NCBI RefSeq assembly: GCF_006345805.1
Contig: NC_042997.1
Location: forward strand, 59,830,001 to 59,894,000
From: Octopus sinensis
Taxonomy: Eukaryota
Direction of reading: 5' to 3'
DNA length: 64,000 nucleotides
Each line of letters begins with the position of its first letter. Position 1 is the stretch's first letter. The notes beneath the pieces are model-generated. The model was given only the letters and a program-made list of their open reading frames with translations, was not told the DNA's origin and did no database searches. Shown piece by piece: positions 1 through 13,954 of this stretch. Made by a program: the position numbers and the translations under genes.

Positions 1-116
1 AACAAAAAGCTACCTATTACACATGGATGAAGTGACACACTTCTGATTGGCTCTGAAAATACTTCCAACTCTATACATTAACTGCTTGCTTCTATATACT
101 ATATACTGCACCTCCT

Positions 117-179
117 CAACGAAACGTATCCCAAACTTTCCTTCGCAACGAAACGTATCCCAAACTTTCCTTCGCAACG
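117..179. repeat. Exact 29-bp tandem duplication
   Basis: caacgaaacgtatcccaaactttccttcg twice, plus caacg. Confidence 0.95.
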
Positions 180-1048
180 CCTTTGTGTCATCGTAGCATA
201 CACTAAATGAAAAATCACTACCAGTAATTACAATTCTATCCAGCGATTGAACCCATTCCACTACATTCAAAAATGCATCCCAGACTCTGTTCTCATTAAA
301 CTCTCAACTCTCACTACATTTGCTCCCACTTCGCCCTTTATCACTATTACAACAGCACTTTCTCCACTGAAATAACTATATGCATACCCGCTTCACTGAT
401 ACACTGCTTTTCCCCTCTACTTTTACTGTCTAGCACTTAACCGTCTTTCCCAGACATGCAAACCTCTGGAATTGCCCATGATTTGTCTATAAACATTGAT
501 TTGAATGTTAATAGGAAATGAAATTGTAAGAATTTACTAAGCAGGTTGCTAAGCGTAACTATGGGAGAATATATACAGATATACAGCAATATCTCTCAGA
601 AAACTTTAGTGTGTTAATTTATCAAAGTTTATTGCTTAGAAAATTTGAAGTTAGCATGAAGTTAACAAGTGTATTCTCTGTGTGAATTTTTATTGCTCTA
701 AGATCTCAGATTGCATCGTAATTTATTCAATTTAAAGCGAGTCATCAGGATCAATTGTTCTCCAGAAATTGAATATTTCAAGTACGAGGTTTTGACCTGA
801 ATACACCCTTCTGGTTAGCGTTTCTTCTCACACTCATAGTAGTCAAATATCCATTGAACCTTTGATGAGTTTATCTTTTCAAGTCGGTTTACTAACAATA
901 AATGAATAAATAAACGTACGATCTAATAGAAGTGTGTTAATAAACTGTTGTGATAAAAGTTACGATGTCCCCTTGCGAGAGATAGACTGGTCCGAGTGAA
1001 GTATAAGTAGTAACGATCCGAGTGAGTTCAGAGTTCGGAATCGAGTTC

Positions 1049-1480
1049 GAAATTTGAACTCAGAACGTAAAGTCAGATGAAATACCTATTCTTTACTATC
1101 CACAAGGGGCTAAATACTGAGGGGACGAACAAGGGCAGACAAACAGATTAAGTCGATTGTATCGACCCCAGTGCGTAACTGGTACTTATTTAATCGATCT
1201 CGAAAGGATGAAAGGTAAAGTCTACCTCGGCGGAATTTGAACTCAGAACGTAGCGGCAGACGAAATACCTATTTCTTTACTACCCACGAGGGGCCAAACA
1301 CAGACAGGACAAACAAGGACAGGCAAACGGATTAAGTCGATTACATCGACCCCAGTGCGTAACTGGTACTTAATTCATCGACCCTGAAAGGGATGAAAGG
1401 CAAAGTCGACCTCGGCAGAATTTGAACTCAGAACGTAACGGCAGACGAAATATGGCTAACGTTTCTGGCAGCTCGCCCTT
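1049..1480 (-). mobile_element. Tandemly iterated tRNA-derived SINE (~185-bp unit, about 2.3 copies)
   Basis: Reverse complement of the family at 19859-20290. The B-box gagttcaaatt occurs three times; central block ggtcgactttgcctttcatcctttcggggtcgat. Confidence 0.9.
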
Positions 1481-1499
1481 TCAACTTGTTAAATAATAG

Positions 1500-2140
1500 A
1501 AAACATTTTAGCTTCCGTAGTACAGTTGCAAAAGCAACAAGAGAAGAAACAGGAGTTACAGAAGCAGCTATTACAGCAACAATTATTGGGTCTATATTCA
1601 AAGAAGTCCAAAAATGAGGTAAGTTCGTTTTCGCCAGACGGCGTTTCGAACTCGCTTAATAAATTCATTTATAATCCATAGGAAGGTATAATTTTAACGT
1701 ACTACAGAAGGTATGAGAGGATTTTTAAGCAAGATTGCAAATCATGGTCGGACGAACAAAATGTGAGATTGTTATTGTGAAAATTAACTCTGTTAGAGCA
1801 TGAACATTACTGTAATTTCAAATTGCCCCCAAAACCCAATGAAATTTGTTTTAAAGAAACAATAGAATTACTGTCGAACATATTCAGGGATAAAACTTCT
1901 CTAACACTCGAATGAAATGTTGGAATATAACGGAAAAAGAGAATACGTAGGAACAGTCAACAGGATGTGTGAAAGTTTTAAACTTAAAGAGCTTACACCT
2001 GAGCTGTTCAAGTATCTTATTCTCGTACAAGGCCTTACAGCAAGCCAAGATACAGAAATTCGGGTAAGGATTCTTTCTATATTGGAACAAATGAACGAAG
2101 ATCTAACCTTTTCAACCGACTTTCTTAGATCGTTGTGATT
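1500..2140 (+). mobile_element. Gypsy/Ty3 LTR-retrotransposon gag relic (K02A2.6-like / Mag-related type)
   Basis: Disrupted frame SFSPDGVSNSLNKFIYNP*EG..YYRRYERIFKQDCKSWSDEQNVRLLL*KL...EHEHYCNF.LP.KP.EICFKETIELLSNIF...YVGTVNRMCESFKLKELTPELFKYLILVQGL...DTEIRVRILS, with stops and a frameshift. Confidence 0.85.
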
Positions 2141-2949
2141 CATGTTCGGTTATCAAATTTCCTACTGTTGCAGAAAGATATTTGATAGCTATATAAAGCA
2201 GTTCAATCAAATACATTGAAGATCCTTCATTTGACTTTTGTAATTTATGTGTGCAATGAATCTGGAAAATTGCTTACCACTAGGATGCGTGTGAAGTTTC
2301 GAAAAGCAATATTTGAGAACACCCCCTTTTGTTACAAGATAAAGTGAAAATAATTGTAGCGACCTATGTTGGAAAAATGAGCTTAATTTATGTAGCCCTT
2401 GACGCTTCCATTCTATATGCTACTCTGTATATTATCAGTAGATAATATATATAAAAAAATTGGAAGCACAAACATAACTCTTATTAAACAAACCTTTGAT
2501 CAAATGGCATCCCAACCGTCATTATCCTCTCTTCTTTTGCTTTTCAGATGCAGTATCTTGTATCACATCATTGAATGTGTTCTTTTATTAAAAAAAAAGG
2601 TTATGATGTGATTTGGGGACAATTTGACTGTCATTTCTAGCAGGCTGACTGACATTTGAAGACTTCCTTATCTTTGTAATATTTAATTTGTTTAATTTGT
2701 ACATGAATTGATGACTAAAGCCCTACTTAACTATTTTGAAATACATAGTTTATAGGCTTTATTACCATGCTTTTGCTGATAATAGATAAGAGAGGAGGAA
2801 GAGGAGAGAGAGAGAGAGAGGGAGAAAGAGAAAGAAAGAAAGTGAATGAGAAAGGGAAATGTAATAAAAATGAGAGATAGAAAGATTGCTTTATTTTGTG
2901 GAATGATGGGTTAACATTTGACGAATGATGAGTTGGACATTAACAAATA

Positions 2950-4460
2950 AAGCAATTTTTCCCAGCTGAAGTGATGACTATATGTAACCATGGAGTCATG
3001 AATTATACATAATGACAATAATGAGAATAAGAGCCATTATCATTATGTTTATTGGAAAATATATCTCATTTCAATCGTAACTCCACTGACTCTGGTGGAT
3101 TAGAATCTCATTCGATTCTCAAACATTTCACCTGTCTCTTCTTGTGGTTCGAATTTCATCTCATCAATCCAATTATTTCGTTAAATCCCAGATGTGATTA
3201 TTTATGGTAAGTTGAACGCTCATGATAGATGGTGATTTTAAATGGACAATTGGATACAAATGGAAAATCTAGCAGAAAAAAAAAGACAAAGCAATCTGTG
3301 ATACACTGGACTTTGATAACCTGAATTTTGATCTGTAGTACACTGAACTAACAAGAGTTCCAGTCTCTGAAAATAAAATTTCTAATCCTTCACTCTCCAT
3401 GAGTACAAACATTACACTTCGAGCATTTCGATATTCAACCAGTTAGATTGGAAAATGTTGACTAACTTACCTTTAGAGCGGTTTCTGATCATTGTGACAA
3501 TGAAAACTGTACCTGAACAAGTTACTGCATCAAGCAAAACCTTTATAAATATGAGAATAGCCATATGCAAATTATTCTAAACTTAATCCGAAAACAGATT
3601 TTTGGCTATCATTTTCTTGGAATATATGTCAAGATGAGAACATTTTCTACAAAACTATTTAAAACCGCAAAGAAAAGTACTCGAGCAGGACAAAAAACCC
3701 AAACAAAGTCATTCATGGTAGAGGAAACCAAGGTAGCAAGGCTCTTTCAAAGAATGCAACCAATTCAAGGATAAATAAACAAAACTTTCAAAATGGAATC
3801 AGTTAAAGGATAAATAAGCAAAACTTTCAAAATAAAAGCAGAGAATTCCAGATGATGTCCAGAACACATTTAGGCTTTACGATTTTGTACAAAGACTAAG
3901 AAACGATGGAAAGGGATGAAACAATTGAACAATCAAAGACTCTGAGCAATACTAGTTACTAATTCACAAAATTTGGCAAGCCAATTCAGCTCACAAACTT
4001 TGTGCACCAGTAAAATGACAGAAATGAAAGCATTAGATTTAAAGGAGAATAGGTAGAATAGGTAACAAAATAATAAAAAAAATTTAAGAGCTGAACGGCT
4101 TGACAGTTTGATTGTATGTTCCAGCTGATGAATCTTGGCAAGTTTAGTATCCTGCACAGGTCAACTATGATCATGTTTTTTTTTATTCGAAAATTAAAAT
4201 GCAGTTTATCCGGAAAAGTTCACACTGATTATTCCATTTATGAAGCTTGACAAAATGACTGATCATTATTCAAACTAGTACCTCCTCTTAGTCTAATTGC
4301 AAACATTTTTAAGAGTGACGTCTATTCACAATCAATGCTTGTCTAAGCCTCCAGCCATAGACTAAAGCCTCAACTTAGGTGCAATTGCTGCAGCATTCTA
4401 TACTTATACAGTTGCTGTGACCTTAAACTTAATACAACAGGATCGTGAGGCTATGTATGT
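2950..4460 (+). mobile_element. Degraded non-LTR retrotransposon ORF2 (AP endonuclease and start of RT)
   Basis: Remnant motifs DVIIYGKLNAH (cf. II.GDFNAH), TRVP, SDH and IIPFMKLDK (cf. IIPI.K.GK) among many stops. Boundaries are approximate. Confidence 0.6.
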
Positions 4461-5149
4461 TTCCAAAGCACTGATTCGTGACAGTGAACAACTCTGCAGA
4501 TAATTTTACATATTTTTTATTCAAATATTTTCCCATGCTTCGTCACCAATAGACTGAACAAATGTCCGCTCAACCTGATTAGAAGTTTTGAAGGCAGAAA
4601 ATTGCAACGCTCAACACCCCAAATCAATTGTAAACTTGTTCAACCGCCAAATTTTCCCTTTTCATTATCACCAGCAAAAGCTTCTGGTCACGTAATATCT
4701 CTGGTGTAAACACTTGAGACACTATTTGCTAGTGTTACTTTTCTCATCATTCTGAAGGAATGATAGGTTGTGCTCAACAAAGAAACAACATTTTAAAAGA
4801 TTGGATAGCAGCACTTGAAAACAGGACAGGTTCATACTTATAGAAATCTACAAAGTAATTCATTGGCCGATTCCTGTTAGTTCAAACATAATGTAGGGCA
4901 GATACAGCACAAAAAATACAATTCATTCAAAATTCAGTTTTTTGACACCTCTCAGGCATTTACAAAATTGCATCTGGACACCATCTGCACTATGAGATAA
5001 AAATGCTGAAAGTACAATCACACTCATACTTTCTGCCTTCAAAGGACTATGCTCAATGACAACAAAAGTCTCTCATATTATCAGTTATGAACAAATAAAT
5101 AATGAAACCAACTCTATTCACAAAATTCAATTAAAAACGTATGTAATTT

Positions 5150-5950
5150 AGAAATATGTCAACAGCGGAAAATCAAAAGATGACTGAAAAAAGTAAACAA
5201 AAATTCCAGTATATGGTGGTTGAAGATACAATTCGAGGATACTTCATATCAGAGAAAGTGCTTCTTCAACAATATCCTTCTATTTCTTCTATTCAGCTTG
5301 GGCAAGCATAATGAAAGTCCACGTGATAGGAAACCGTTGTATCAGTTTTCGTCACCATTACATATATCTTTAACTTTGTCGATACTTTCAGGTTTTCCTC
5401 TTTGTATAACGAAATCTGATTTCTCAAGACAAAGTGTACTAATTTTTTATGTTCCCAAATACATTACAGATACTCAGTTTTATCAATATATAGAATGAAA
5501 TGGTTTAAAAAATTCGTCCATAGTGAAGTTTGAGAAAGCAGAACCTTTCTGGTTTTCAACTTCTCAGCTTCCCCAATAATACAACAAAACGCTATCAGCC
5601 GTAGAACAAATGATTTTACTCAATTGTTTCATCTCTCAGTTGATGTCGGTTCACTAAATCTTTATCTCCAATCTCTTAACAAAGACATTGATGTATTCCT
5701 TTCTATACTTTTGAGGATTTCTGCTATTGTAAAATATGAACAGTGAATCGATTTGGTTCTTAGCTGATGCGATTTCGTTTCTCCACTTCCCTACTAGCCA
5801 CAACTCTAGAAGGTTTACTTTTCTTGTTGGTTATGGGAGTTGGCATTGGAACTTTATATACTACCAACAGCGAAACCAATTAATGTGTAGAGAAAAGACA
5901 AGCTCTAGTTCAAGGAAACTGGTAATAGTCTGAATAAGCAAAAACAGTTT
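5150..5950 (-). mobile_element. Degraded LINE RT relic (RTE-like)
   Basis: Minus-strand remnants HLFY-ADSVL (YADD-like, frameshifted) and NLKVSTKLKIY. Confidence 0.45.
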
Positions 5951-7529
5951 AAATCATATTTTAAGATATAAAATCAAAGAAACGAAATAATGATCATGTT
6001 AAGAAAGAAGACATTTCATGTATTTGAATCAAAATTATTTTTGTGTTTAAAAATTATCGTCGTAGATAAAATAAAAACAAAACAAAACAGTAACCTGTAT
6101 TCATAAAGTATTCTTTTTATCAATAGTGATATACCGATTGTTGGAATTAAAAGAAGCTATTAAAAACTTAACATAATCAATTTTGTCAACCCTCGATTCA
6201 AGCAGTTTTCAATTATTCTTTGTAGCCATATATTAGTCCCTTATTTAGTTAAACAGCCATAGATTTACAAAGGGACTTACGTTAATGTCCTTTTCGCCTC
6301 ACAGATTAAAAGAAGAAATTGGTTTCACCAAACAGTGGGAAATGGTTCGTAGTCTTGAATTGTCGATTATCTTTTGCTAATAGTACAGGTCGAAACTATG
6401 TTGACGTTTTTGTGTTGTTATTGTAAAACCTTTTTATAGGATTAGAAGTTTGAATTTATGCAGTTGCTTGTTTCCTGTTGCACTGAGCTGTGATTTTAAT
6501 TACTACTCGATTGTAATACAGCTACGTAAATATTGCGTCAGTAAATGGGTGAATATGGTCCTAATTAAAATATGTATATATAAACCAGCTACTTTCGTCC
6601 ATTTCTCTCCGTCTTCTGTTTAGATGACAAATTGGAAATATGTCAAAAATCGTCTGACACGACATATTTTTCTGATGATATTCGAGGTGATTTAGTGCAA
6701 ATGCATTTATTTATGTAATTTCAAGTTAGGAAGTGGGGAAACTTGTTTATTTTTATGAAAAATACATATATTATTAATGTTATGATATAGTTTTCGTCAA
6801 AAGTTCCTATGAAAAGCTGACCATTTAATTAGATATCACTTAATTGATTTGAACTCTTTAACTGTAATAAGAAGAACGGGGCCATATCATTTAGGCAAAC
6901 CTCGAGAGAATGAAACTCAGAATTACAATATTTCTAAGTAAATATTTGTTATATCATCATTAAATAAGAAGCGTTAGTACAAATCCCACTAGATAACACG
7001 TAGTGAAACTTAAACCTTTTAGTAAAGTGTTGATTAAATTTAATCCGTCTGCCATACGTACCACACAGAGCTAGCTAAAACGGTCTTAAACGAATGACAC
7101 CATCTCATAGTGAAACTCTACTCAATAGGGTAGACACTAGTAGTGTGAACATCATTGTAAATTAATAATGCTGACTTTCAAAGATTTCATGATCGTTTCA
7201 TAATACAAAGGTCTTAATCAAGTCATTCCTCAGTCTAGTTAAAACATGGAAAATGGGTTATTTCTTAGTATTTTCTTTTCTCGTTATTACAAATTTCTAA
7301 TTTACTCTTCTTCCTGTAAATCATGCCCCTAAATGTGGAGTTTTCGGAGCTGATGAGTATTTTCAACTGAACAATGTTCTGGCTCATGGTTATTGCACGA
7401 ATATCAGTTAATTGTTACGTTAAAGTTGTTCTGTTTGCTCCTATGACATTAGCTTCTATTAGTCTATTTGGTTTCGGTTTCTAACTCATTTCAAAGTAGA
7501 CTGGGAGTGGATTAAGACATTTCAGGTTT

Positions 7530-7570
<41 letters not shown>

Positions 7571-7732
7571 CGCACACATGCGCACACGCGCACACATACA
7601 CATACACGCACACACACATACATACATATACACATATATATATGTATGCATATATAGTACAGAGCAATAAATGACAAAAGAATAGTAGTTACGTAATCGC
7701 CTTCATCAGTTTACATGTTATATATATATATT

Positions 7733-7790
7733 CAGTAGTACCTCGGTTTTCGAACAATTCTGATCACGAATAAATCGTGCTTTATATATA

Positions 7791-7853
<63 letters not shown>

Positions 7854-8117
7854 TTACTATAAGGTGAGCACTAGTGTGTACGTACGCCGCTATTGTATAT
7901 ATAAATATATAAAATTGGAACAAAAAAACGCAATGGAGGAAAATAAAACATTCGGAGAGATAGACGATACAAAGGCAGACAGGAGAAACAAGAATTAGAA
8001 GGACAGGAAAAAAGGACGGGTTATTCGTGGCCTTCTTTCTTCAGTCAAGTTACCAGATGTCCTTACTAAAGCACGATTTATCCGTGATCAGAGGCATTCG
8101 TAACCGAGGTACTACTG
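7733..8117. repeat. Inverted repeat with ~51-bp arms in a TA-embedded repeat element
   Basis: 7733-7784 is the reverse complement of 8067-8117 with a few mismatches. Confidence 0.85.
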
Positions 8118-8150
8118 TATATGTATGTATGTATGTATCTCTCTCTCTCT

Positions 8151-8206
<56 letters not shown>

Positions 8207-8639
8207 GGGAGAGAGAGAGTGCGAGAGAGATAGAGAGAGAGAGATAGAGAGAGAAAGAGAGTGAAAGAGATATATAGAAGGATAGGGGAAGAGAGAAAGA
8301 AATTCGCTTCATATGTGCAAAAGAATAGATTATTTGTCTAATTCGCTTTCCATTGAAAAAACACTAAACAAATGTTAGAATGATTCAGAGAATATAAATT
8401 CGACCACAGAATGAAAAAGAGTATTTTTGATCCATTGTAATAAGATTGTAGAGATGGTATTCTCACTTCTGAATATCTCTTTTACCATCTCCTGGTGATA
8501 TACTGCATTTCAATATTTACGTGTGTATTGTAGTAAAATATTAAAAGGCGTTTAACACACATTTTATAATTTCTAATTTTGTCAAACGATTTAGCATATT
8601 TCAAAACTCGAAATTGGCAGTGGATTTTCTTGTTCTGTT

Positions 8640-9035
8640 AATGGTGAATTAATGCAGAACTTACAGTACTTGTACTCTGAGAATAAATTCCCCTTTGTAC
8701 CTATCATCATTGGTGCATTAGGCTATATATCTACACATTTACGCAAAAATCTAGAAATACTAGGTTTCTCGAAGAAGGAGCTAAACAAACTGACATGGAT
8801 ACTCCAAACCCAATCTATTAGTGGCACGGTGAAGATTTGCAAGACATTCTAAAGATTCTCCATTTGAGTTCTTTAGGTGAATAAATGGACACAATTGGTT
8901 GTGTGCATCGACAGTTTAACCAACACACCAACTCAACCACATATTTATAAACAGCGGGAACTCTCTTGACTCAAAAAGTCTTGTTGCCGTTGTTAATAAC
9001 TGGCTTGTAATCAGGAACTTAAATAAAACTCAAAG

Positions 9036-9037
<2 letters not shown>
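8640..9037 (+). mobile_element. 5'-truncated R4/Dong-like non-LTR element (C-terminus of restriction-like endonuclease domain plus 3' UTR)
   Basis: ORF 8652-8852 FVPIIIGALGYI...L..NLEILG......LQTQSISGTVKICKTF matches the PIVIGALG...Q....GT..I C-terminus of RLE-encoding elements. The element runs directly into (CA)n. Confidence 0.8.
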
Positions 9038-9089
<52 letters not shown>

Positions 9090-9096
9090 AAACACA

Positions 9097-9130
<34 letters not shown>

Positions 9131-9131
<1 letters not shown>

Positions 9132-9282
9132 GACAATCTTCCTCACACTTTTTGTCTATAAAATTTGCTTACAAGACATTGGCCGGCCCGGGGCTATAGT
9201 AGAAGAGGCTTTCCCAAGGTGCAGAATGGATATTACTCGAAACCACATGGCTGGAACGCGAGCTTCGTAACCATACATCCAT
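9131..9282 (-). mobile_element. Truncated copy of the 55092 SINE family
   Basis: Reverse complement has ccttgggaaagcctcttctactatagccccgggccggccaatgtcttgtaag. Confidence 0.8.
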
Positions 9283-10201
9283 TTTCATATAATTTCAATA
9301 AATTACCACAAATTCGCTAAGTATGAATCTTAGGCATTTTACATTAGGACTAAAACTCGGATAATAATTATACACCTGAAAAAGAAAATCTTTCTATAAG
9401 CGATCATAATTTTAATCTTAGTTTCGAATTGGATTAATCCTCATAGCCTGACGACTGAGTAAGAGACTTAAGCTTTTAATTATGCGAGAGATTTGTTACA
9501 TGAAAATCAAAACAATATCCAAATTAGATCTCAGTAAATTTTCTTCATAATATCATCATTGTATTCTTGTTATTCAATTATTGAAATGCACAATGCACGC
9601 TTGTTGGCAACCATATTTCTGTGCCATTAGCGTTACATTGTTTTTGAAGAAAATAATTCAACGAAGCAGTTTGTGCGTTGATAATAAAATAAACAAGTAC
9701 AAAGGAAAAACTGAATGTCTCAAAATCGAAGACAATTTATTGGAAAAAAATCTACTAGTAAAGTTTTGATATTTTCTCGTTGGACATTAATAGTGCACTA
9801 GACGATTTATTTGGGTGAGTTTTCTTTCTTTAAATAGCACCATGTTTGTTCGTTTGTAAAGCATAAATTAATTTTATCAAAGCATTTGTTCGCAATTCAT
9901 TTACACAAATTTTTAATAGAGCTCACCACGTTTGTGTAAATTCCAAGTTCATCTCACTTTCCATTGTTTGTGAGTGTCTTTCTCGTTTCCTTCTTTTGCT
10001 GAGCCTTTGAAACCCTTCTCACTTTTAATTAAATTAAATTTTTGAACGATTCATTTCGAGAAATGAATTTTGATTGTTCTCTCATTTTTATCCGAAAAGC
10101 ATATTCATCTGGTTTTATTAATATTGAATTTCTTTTTGCCAGTATGTGGTAACCATCATCATTGCATCATCATTATCTTTATTATAGTTATTATCATCAT
10201 C

Positions 10202-10263
<62 letters not shown>

Positions 10264-11736
10264 AAAGATTTCGTAATTAAAATATCTGCTGTTTCGACAC
10301 AAAAGCATATATGACTTTAAACTTGAAGTTGTTTTAACTAAAAGTGTTTTTCTTTAATAAACAAAGGCATGAAACAATTCTTCTCCGCCAATAACATTGC
10401 ATTCAATAGAATTTTTTTATTTAAAAATTTTATTTAGTGAAAGTTGAAATACTTGTGAAATACTTATTTCTCCAGATGATCCTTTGTTTATTGACTTTTA
10501 TTCCTAAGAAAATATTAATCGATTATCTAACTCCATTTCAAATAGAGTACTTATAGACTTTGCACAGATGATGATCGAAAATAGTAAAAATAATTTTAAT
10601 CCATTGTAATCTTGTTCCGGATATATCATAGAAAACTTCATGGATTTAACGCATATGATACATTTCTTGTAAGGCACCTCATTCAACTTAAATTATGAAA
10701 TCACTAATCTTTATTGATACAGATTTGAACAGTTTGCACGTATATAGGTGCGGGAACATACTCACACACAGATGTGTGTTTATAAATGTATGTATACATG
10801 GCAGTGTTACGCATGCGTTTTTCTTCTTGTAGTCACACCATACATTAGACTGTATGAGTGACAGGTGTAAATTTACTGGATAACTTAAATGAAACAAATC
10901 ACAGCGATTAGAATCTGTCATCTTAGTGCCAGTTTCATTTTAATAATATTTTTCATTTCCAAGAAATCAATATTAAACGTCTCCCCCCCGCCTCACCACC
11001 ACGAAAAATGTATGAAATCAATACTTTTTCTCAGTTTTGAAAAGGAAAATGAAGTAAAAGCATAACATTTTTTCCAAGTAATAAAATATAACAAAAAAAT
11101 AAAGAAAAAAAGAAAAAGAATCCATCAGTATCAACAACAGCAACAGAAATGATAGTGCAATTACAATAGAAGCGAGTGGTGAGATATTTCAAAAAAGGGA
11201 TGTCAATATTGCATATTAATTCTCATTACAGATGAAAATATAATGAAAAAGAAATTTTTAGTTTTGAATAGAAAGGAAAATTCTTAGTCAATCATAAAAG
11301 GATAATTCTCATGAAAATCGTTGTTATTCCTAAAGAGCAAAGAAGCCTTGTTTACAAGTTACATTCTATGAATATACGATCTACTGTATTCAAACACTAT
11401 AACTAATATTCGAGAAAAGATTTTAATACATAGCAAGACTGCTTATAAACAGCAATGTATTCATTAATTGATTGTCTTTATACAAGAGTGTAAGCATAAA
11501 CAGAAATACTGTTTTGTGCATCATAAACGGAGACAGTTTTGTATGTTTACAGAGAAGTATCTGGTTGTTTGTGTCTGCACACTCATTTCCTTAGAGGTGA
11601 GGAGTCCCTAATTAAAATTACGTATTAAACATTCAAGGCAGAAACCTATGTTGCGGAATGAGTTTCATCAAGGTGGACTTATCGTTTATCACATTTAAAT
11701 CATAATCGATTTCCAAAGAACATACACACACAAATC

Positions 11737-11839
<103 letters not shown>

Positions 11840-12204
11840 AATATACACACACACATTTGTGTGTGTGTATATGCTTATTTTTGGGGTGTGTATAATTTTC
11901 TAGCGTAAGGATTTTGATATTAGAAAATACTTTACTTAATAGCGTAGGTGAATTCAGCGTTTAATGATATTAATGATGTTTGGAACAGAACAACTTAGTA
12001 TGTACGTACCACGAAATGTAGAAGGAAAAAGGTGGGTCTTACGCGGTCTATCTATTGTTATGGCCGATTATTAGAACTAGAATCAAAGTTTAGATGTAGC
12101 GAAGAAACATCGTATAGGCTTTGTCTCAAGTCTTCCAGATTCGTTTACTTAATAGCGTTATTAAAATCATTGAGAGCAAATGTACATATATGCATGCATA
12201 TATA

Positions 12205-12258
<54 letters not shown>

Positions 12259-13031
12259 ACATCTATATGCACGTGTGAGTATGTGTGTGTGTGTGCGTGC
12301 GTGTATTTATAAAACCTTTTAATCCATAGTGGTACTCAGAGTTTCATGATATCCGTCTTTGAATCGAATATTTATCTCAGATCTTTGGATGGACGGATTT
12401 TACTAAATTGAATTGGTGTGTCTCTGAGCACAGAGAGGAAACTGTATTAGAAGACTTTTATAAATAAACACACAGACACACACACACATACAAATACATA
12501 CATATTTTAACTCTATAATTTTTACAGCGGGTGCTTGTGTTAGATGGAGAGAGCGAGGGCGACGGAGAGAGAAAGAGAGATTGTAAAAGAAATTGAAAGA
12601 TATAGAGAGAGAAAAAAGAGAAAGGGAGAGAAAAAGAGAAGGAAAGAATTAAAGGTTCTGAGAAGGAACGAGAAAGGTAAAGAAAGAAAACATGTACATA
12701 GTAAGGATGCAAAATAAAATGTTAAAAAAAAATACATAGAATTAAAAAAAATATATCAAAAAATTTAAGAAACAAATAGCGTCAAATTGACCCATCAGAT
12801 AAAAAGGTTACTGTATTAAGTGTTTATGACATAATATGTAAGCAGAATGGTGAGATTAGGACAATATAGGTTCAGTGAAACTCAGTCCCCCCACTCTCCG
12901 TTTCTGAAATGTTGGTTGTTATATGTAAGCGGTTAAGTGGGTGACCTTCCGTTTGCCTGTTCCTTTTGTGTCCCGTCTCTGTTTAGGGGTGTCTTGTATT
13001 GATACTTCTGTCGCAACTGGCTAATTTATAA

Positions 13032-13115
13032 TCACTTATAAATACAAGTCAGCTGCTTGAAATTCAGACAATCCAGAGCGGCACAGCCTAAATTCTCGAT
13101 ATCATCGGCCATAAT
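13032..13115 (-). CDS. CAP-superfamily gene, terminal exon G, copy 2 (identical duplicate)
   Basis: Same acceptor and same 84-bp sequence as 13871-13954, offset by 839 bp. Confidence 0.6.
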   Translation of the reverse strand: MMADDIENLGCAALDCLNFKQLTCIYK

Positions 13116-13870
13116 CTGGAATAGACAGAGCAAAAGTGTGAGCAACTAAGACAAGGAGAGAGAAGGAGAGGGAGAAAGGGGAGGGGAAGAAAGAAGGACT
13201 GAGAGAGAGAAAGAAAGAATGATTAGGTCAACAAGAGGGAGAGTGGTATAGATTAAATAATGGTAAAGTGTGAGAATGAGGGATAGATATGATGATAGAG
13301 AAATAGAGAGAGTGAGGAAGAGAGAGAGAAAGAAAGTGAGAGAAAGATAAAGAGAGAGAGAGAGTAAGAGAGATGTAGATAGAGAGAAATAGAGTGTCAT
13401 GAGCCATAATCTGGAATAGACAGAAAAGAGTAACTAAGACAAGGAGAGAGAAAAAGAGAAAGGGAGAGAAAAAGAGAAGGAAAGAATTAAAGGTTCTGAG
13501 AAGGAACGAGAAAGGTAAAGAAAGAAAACATGTACATAGTAAGGATGCAAAATAAAATGTTAAAAAAAAATACATAGAATTAAAAAAAATATATCAAAAA
13601 ATTTAAGAAACAAATAGCGTCAAATTGACCCATCAGATAAAAAGGTTACTGTATTAAGTGTTTATGACATAATATGTAAGCAGAATGGTGAGATTAGGAC
13701 AATATAGGTTCAGTGAAACTCAGTCCCCCCACTCTCCGTTTCTGAAATGTTGGTTGTTATATTGTAAGCGGTTAAGTGGGTGACCTTCCGTTTGCCTGTT
13801 CCTTTTGTGTCCCGTCTCTGTTTAGGGGTGTCTTGTATTGATACTTCTGTCGCAACTGGCTAATTTATAA

Positions 13871-13954
13871 TCACTTATAAATACAAGTCAGCTGCTTGAA
13901 ATTCAGACAATCCAGAGCGGCACAGCCTAAATTCTCGATATCATCGGCCATAAT
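13871..13954 (-). CDS. CAP-superfamily gene, terminal exon G, copy 1
   Basis: Acceptor ctctgtctattccag, phase 0. Translates IMADDIENLGCAALDCLNFKQLTCIYK then TGA (GCA...C...C.Y CAP signature). Confidence 0.85.
   Translation of the reverse strand: MMADDIENLGCAALDCLNFKQLTCIYK

Noticed and set aside
3192-3206. Plus-strand 15-nt micro-exon-like signal (cag-ATGTGATTATTTATG-gtaagt)
   Set aside because: Lies within the GDFNAH-like motif of a LINE endonuclease relic.
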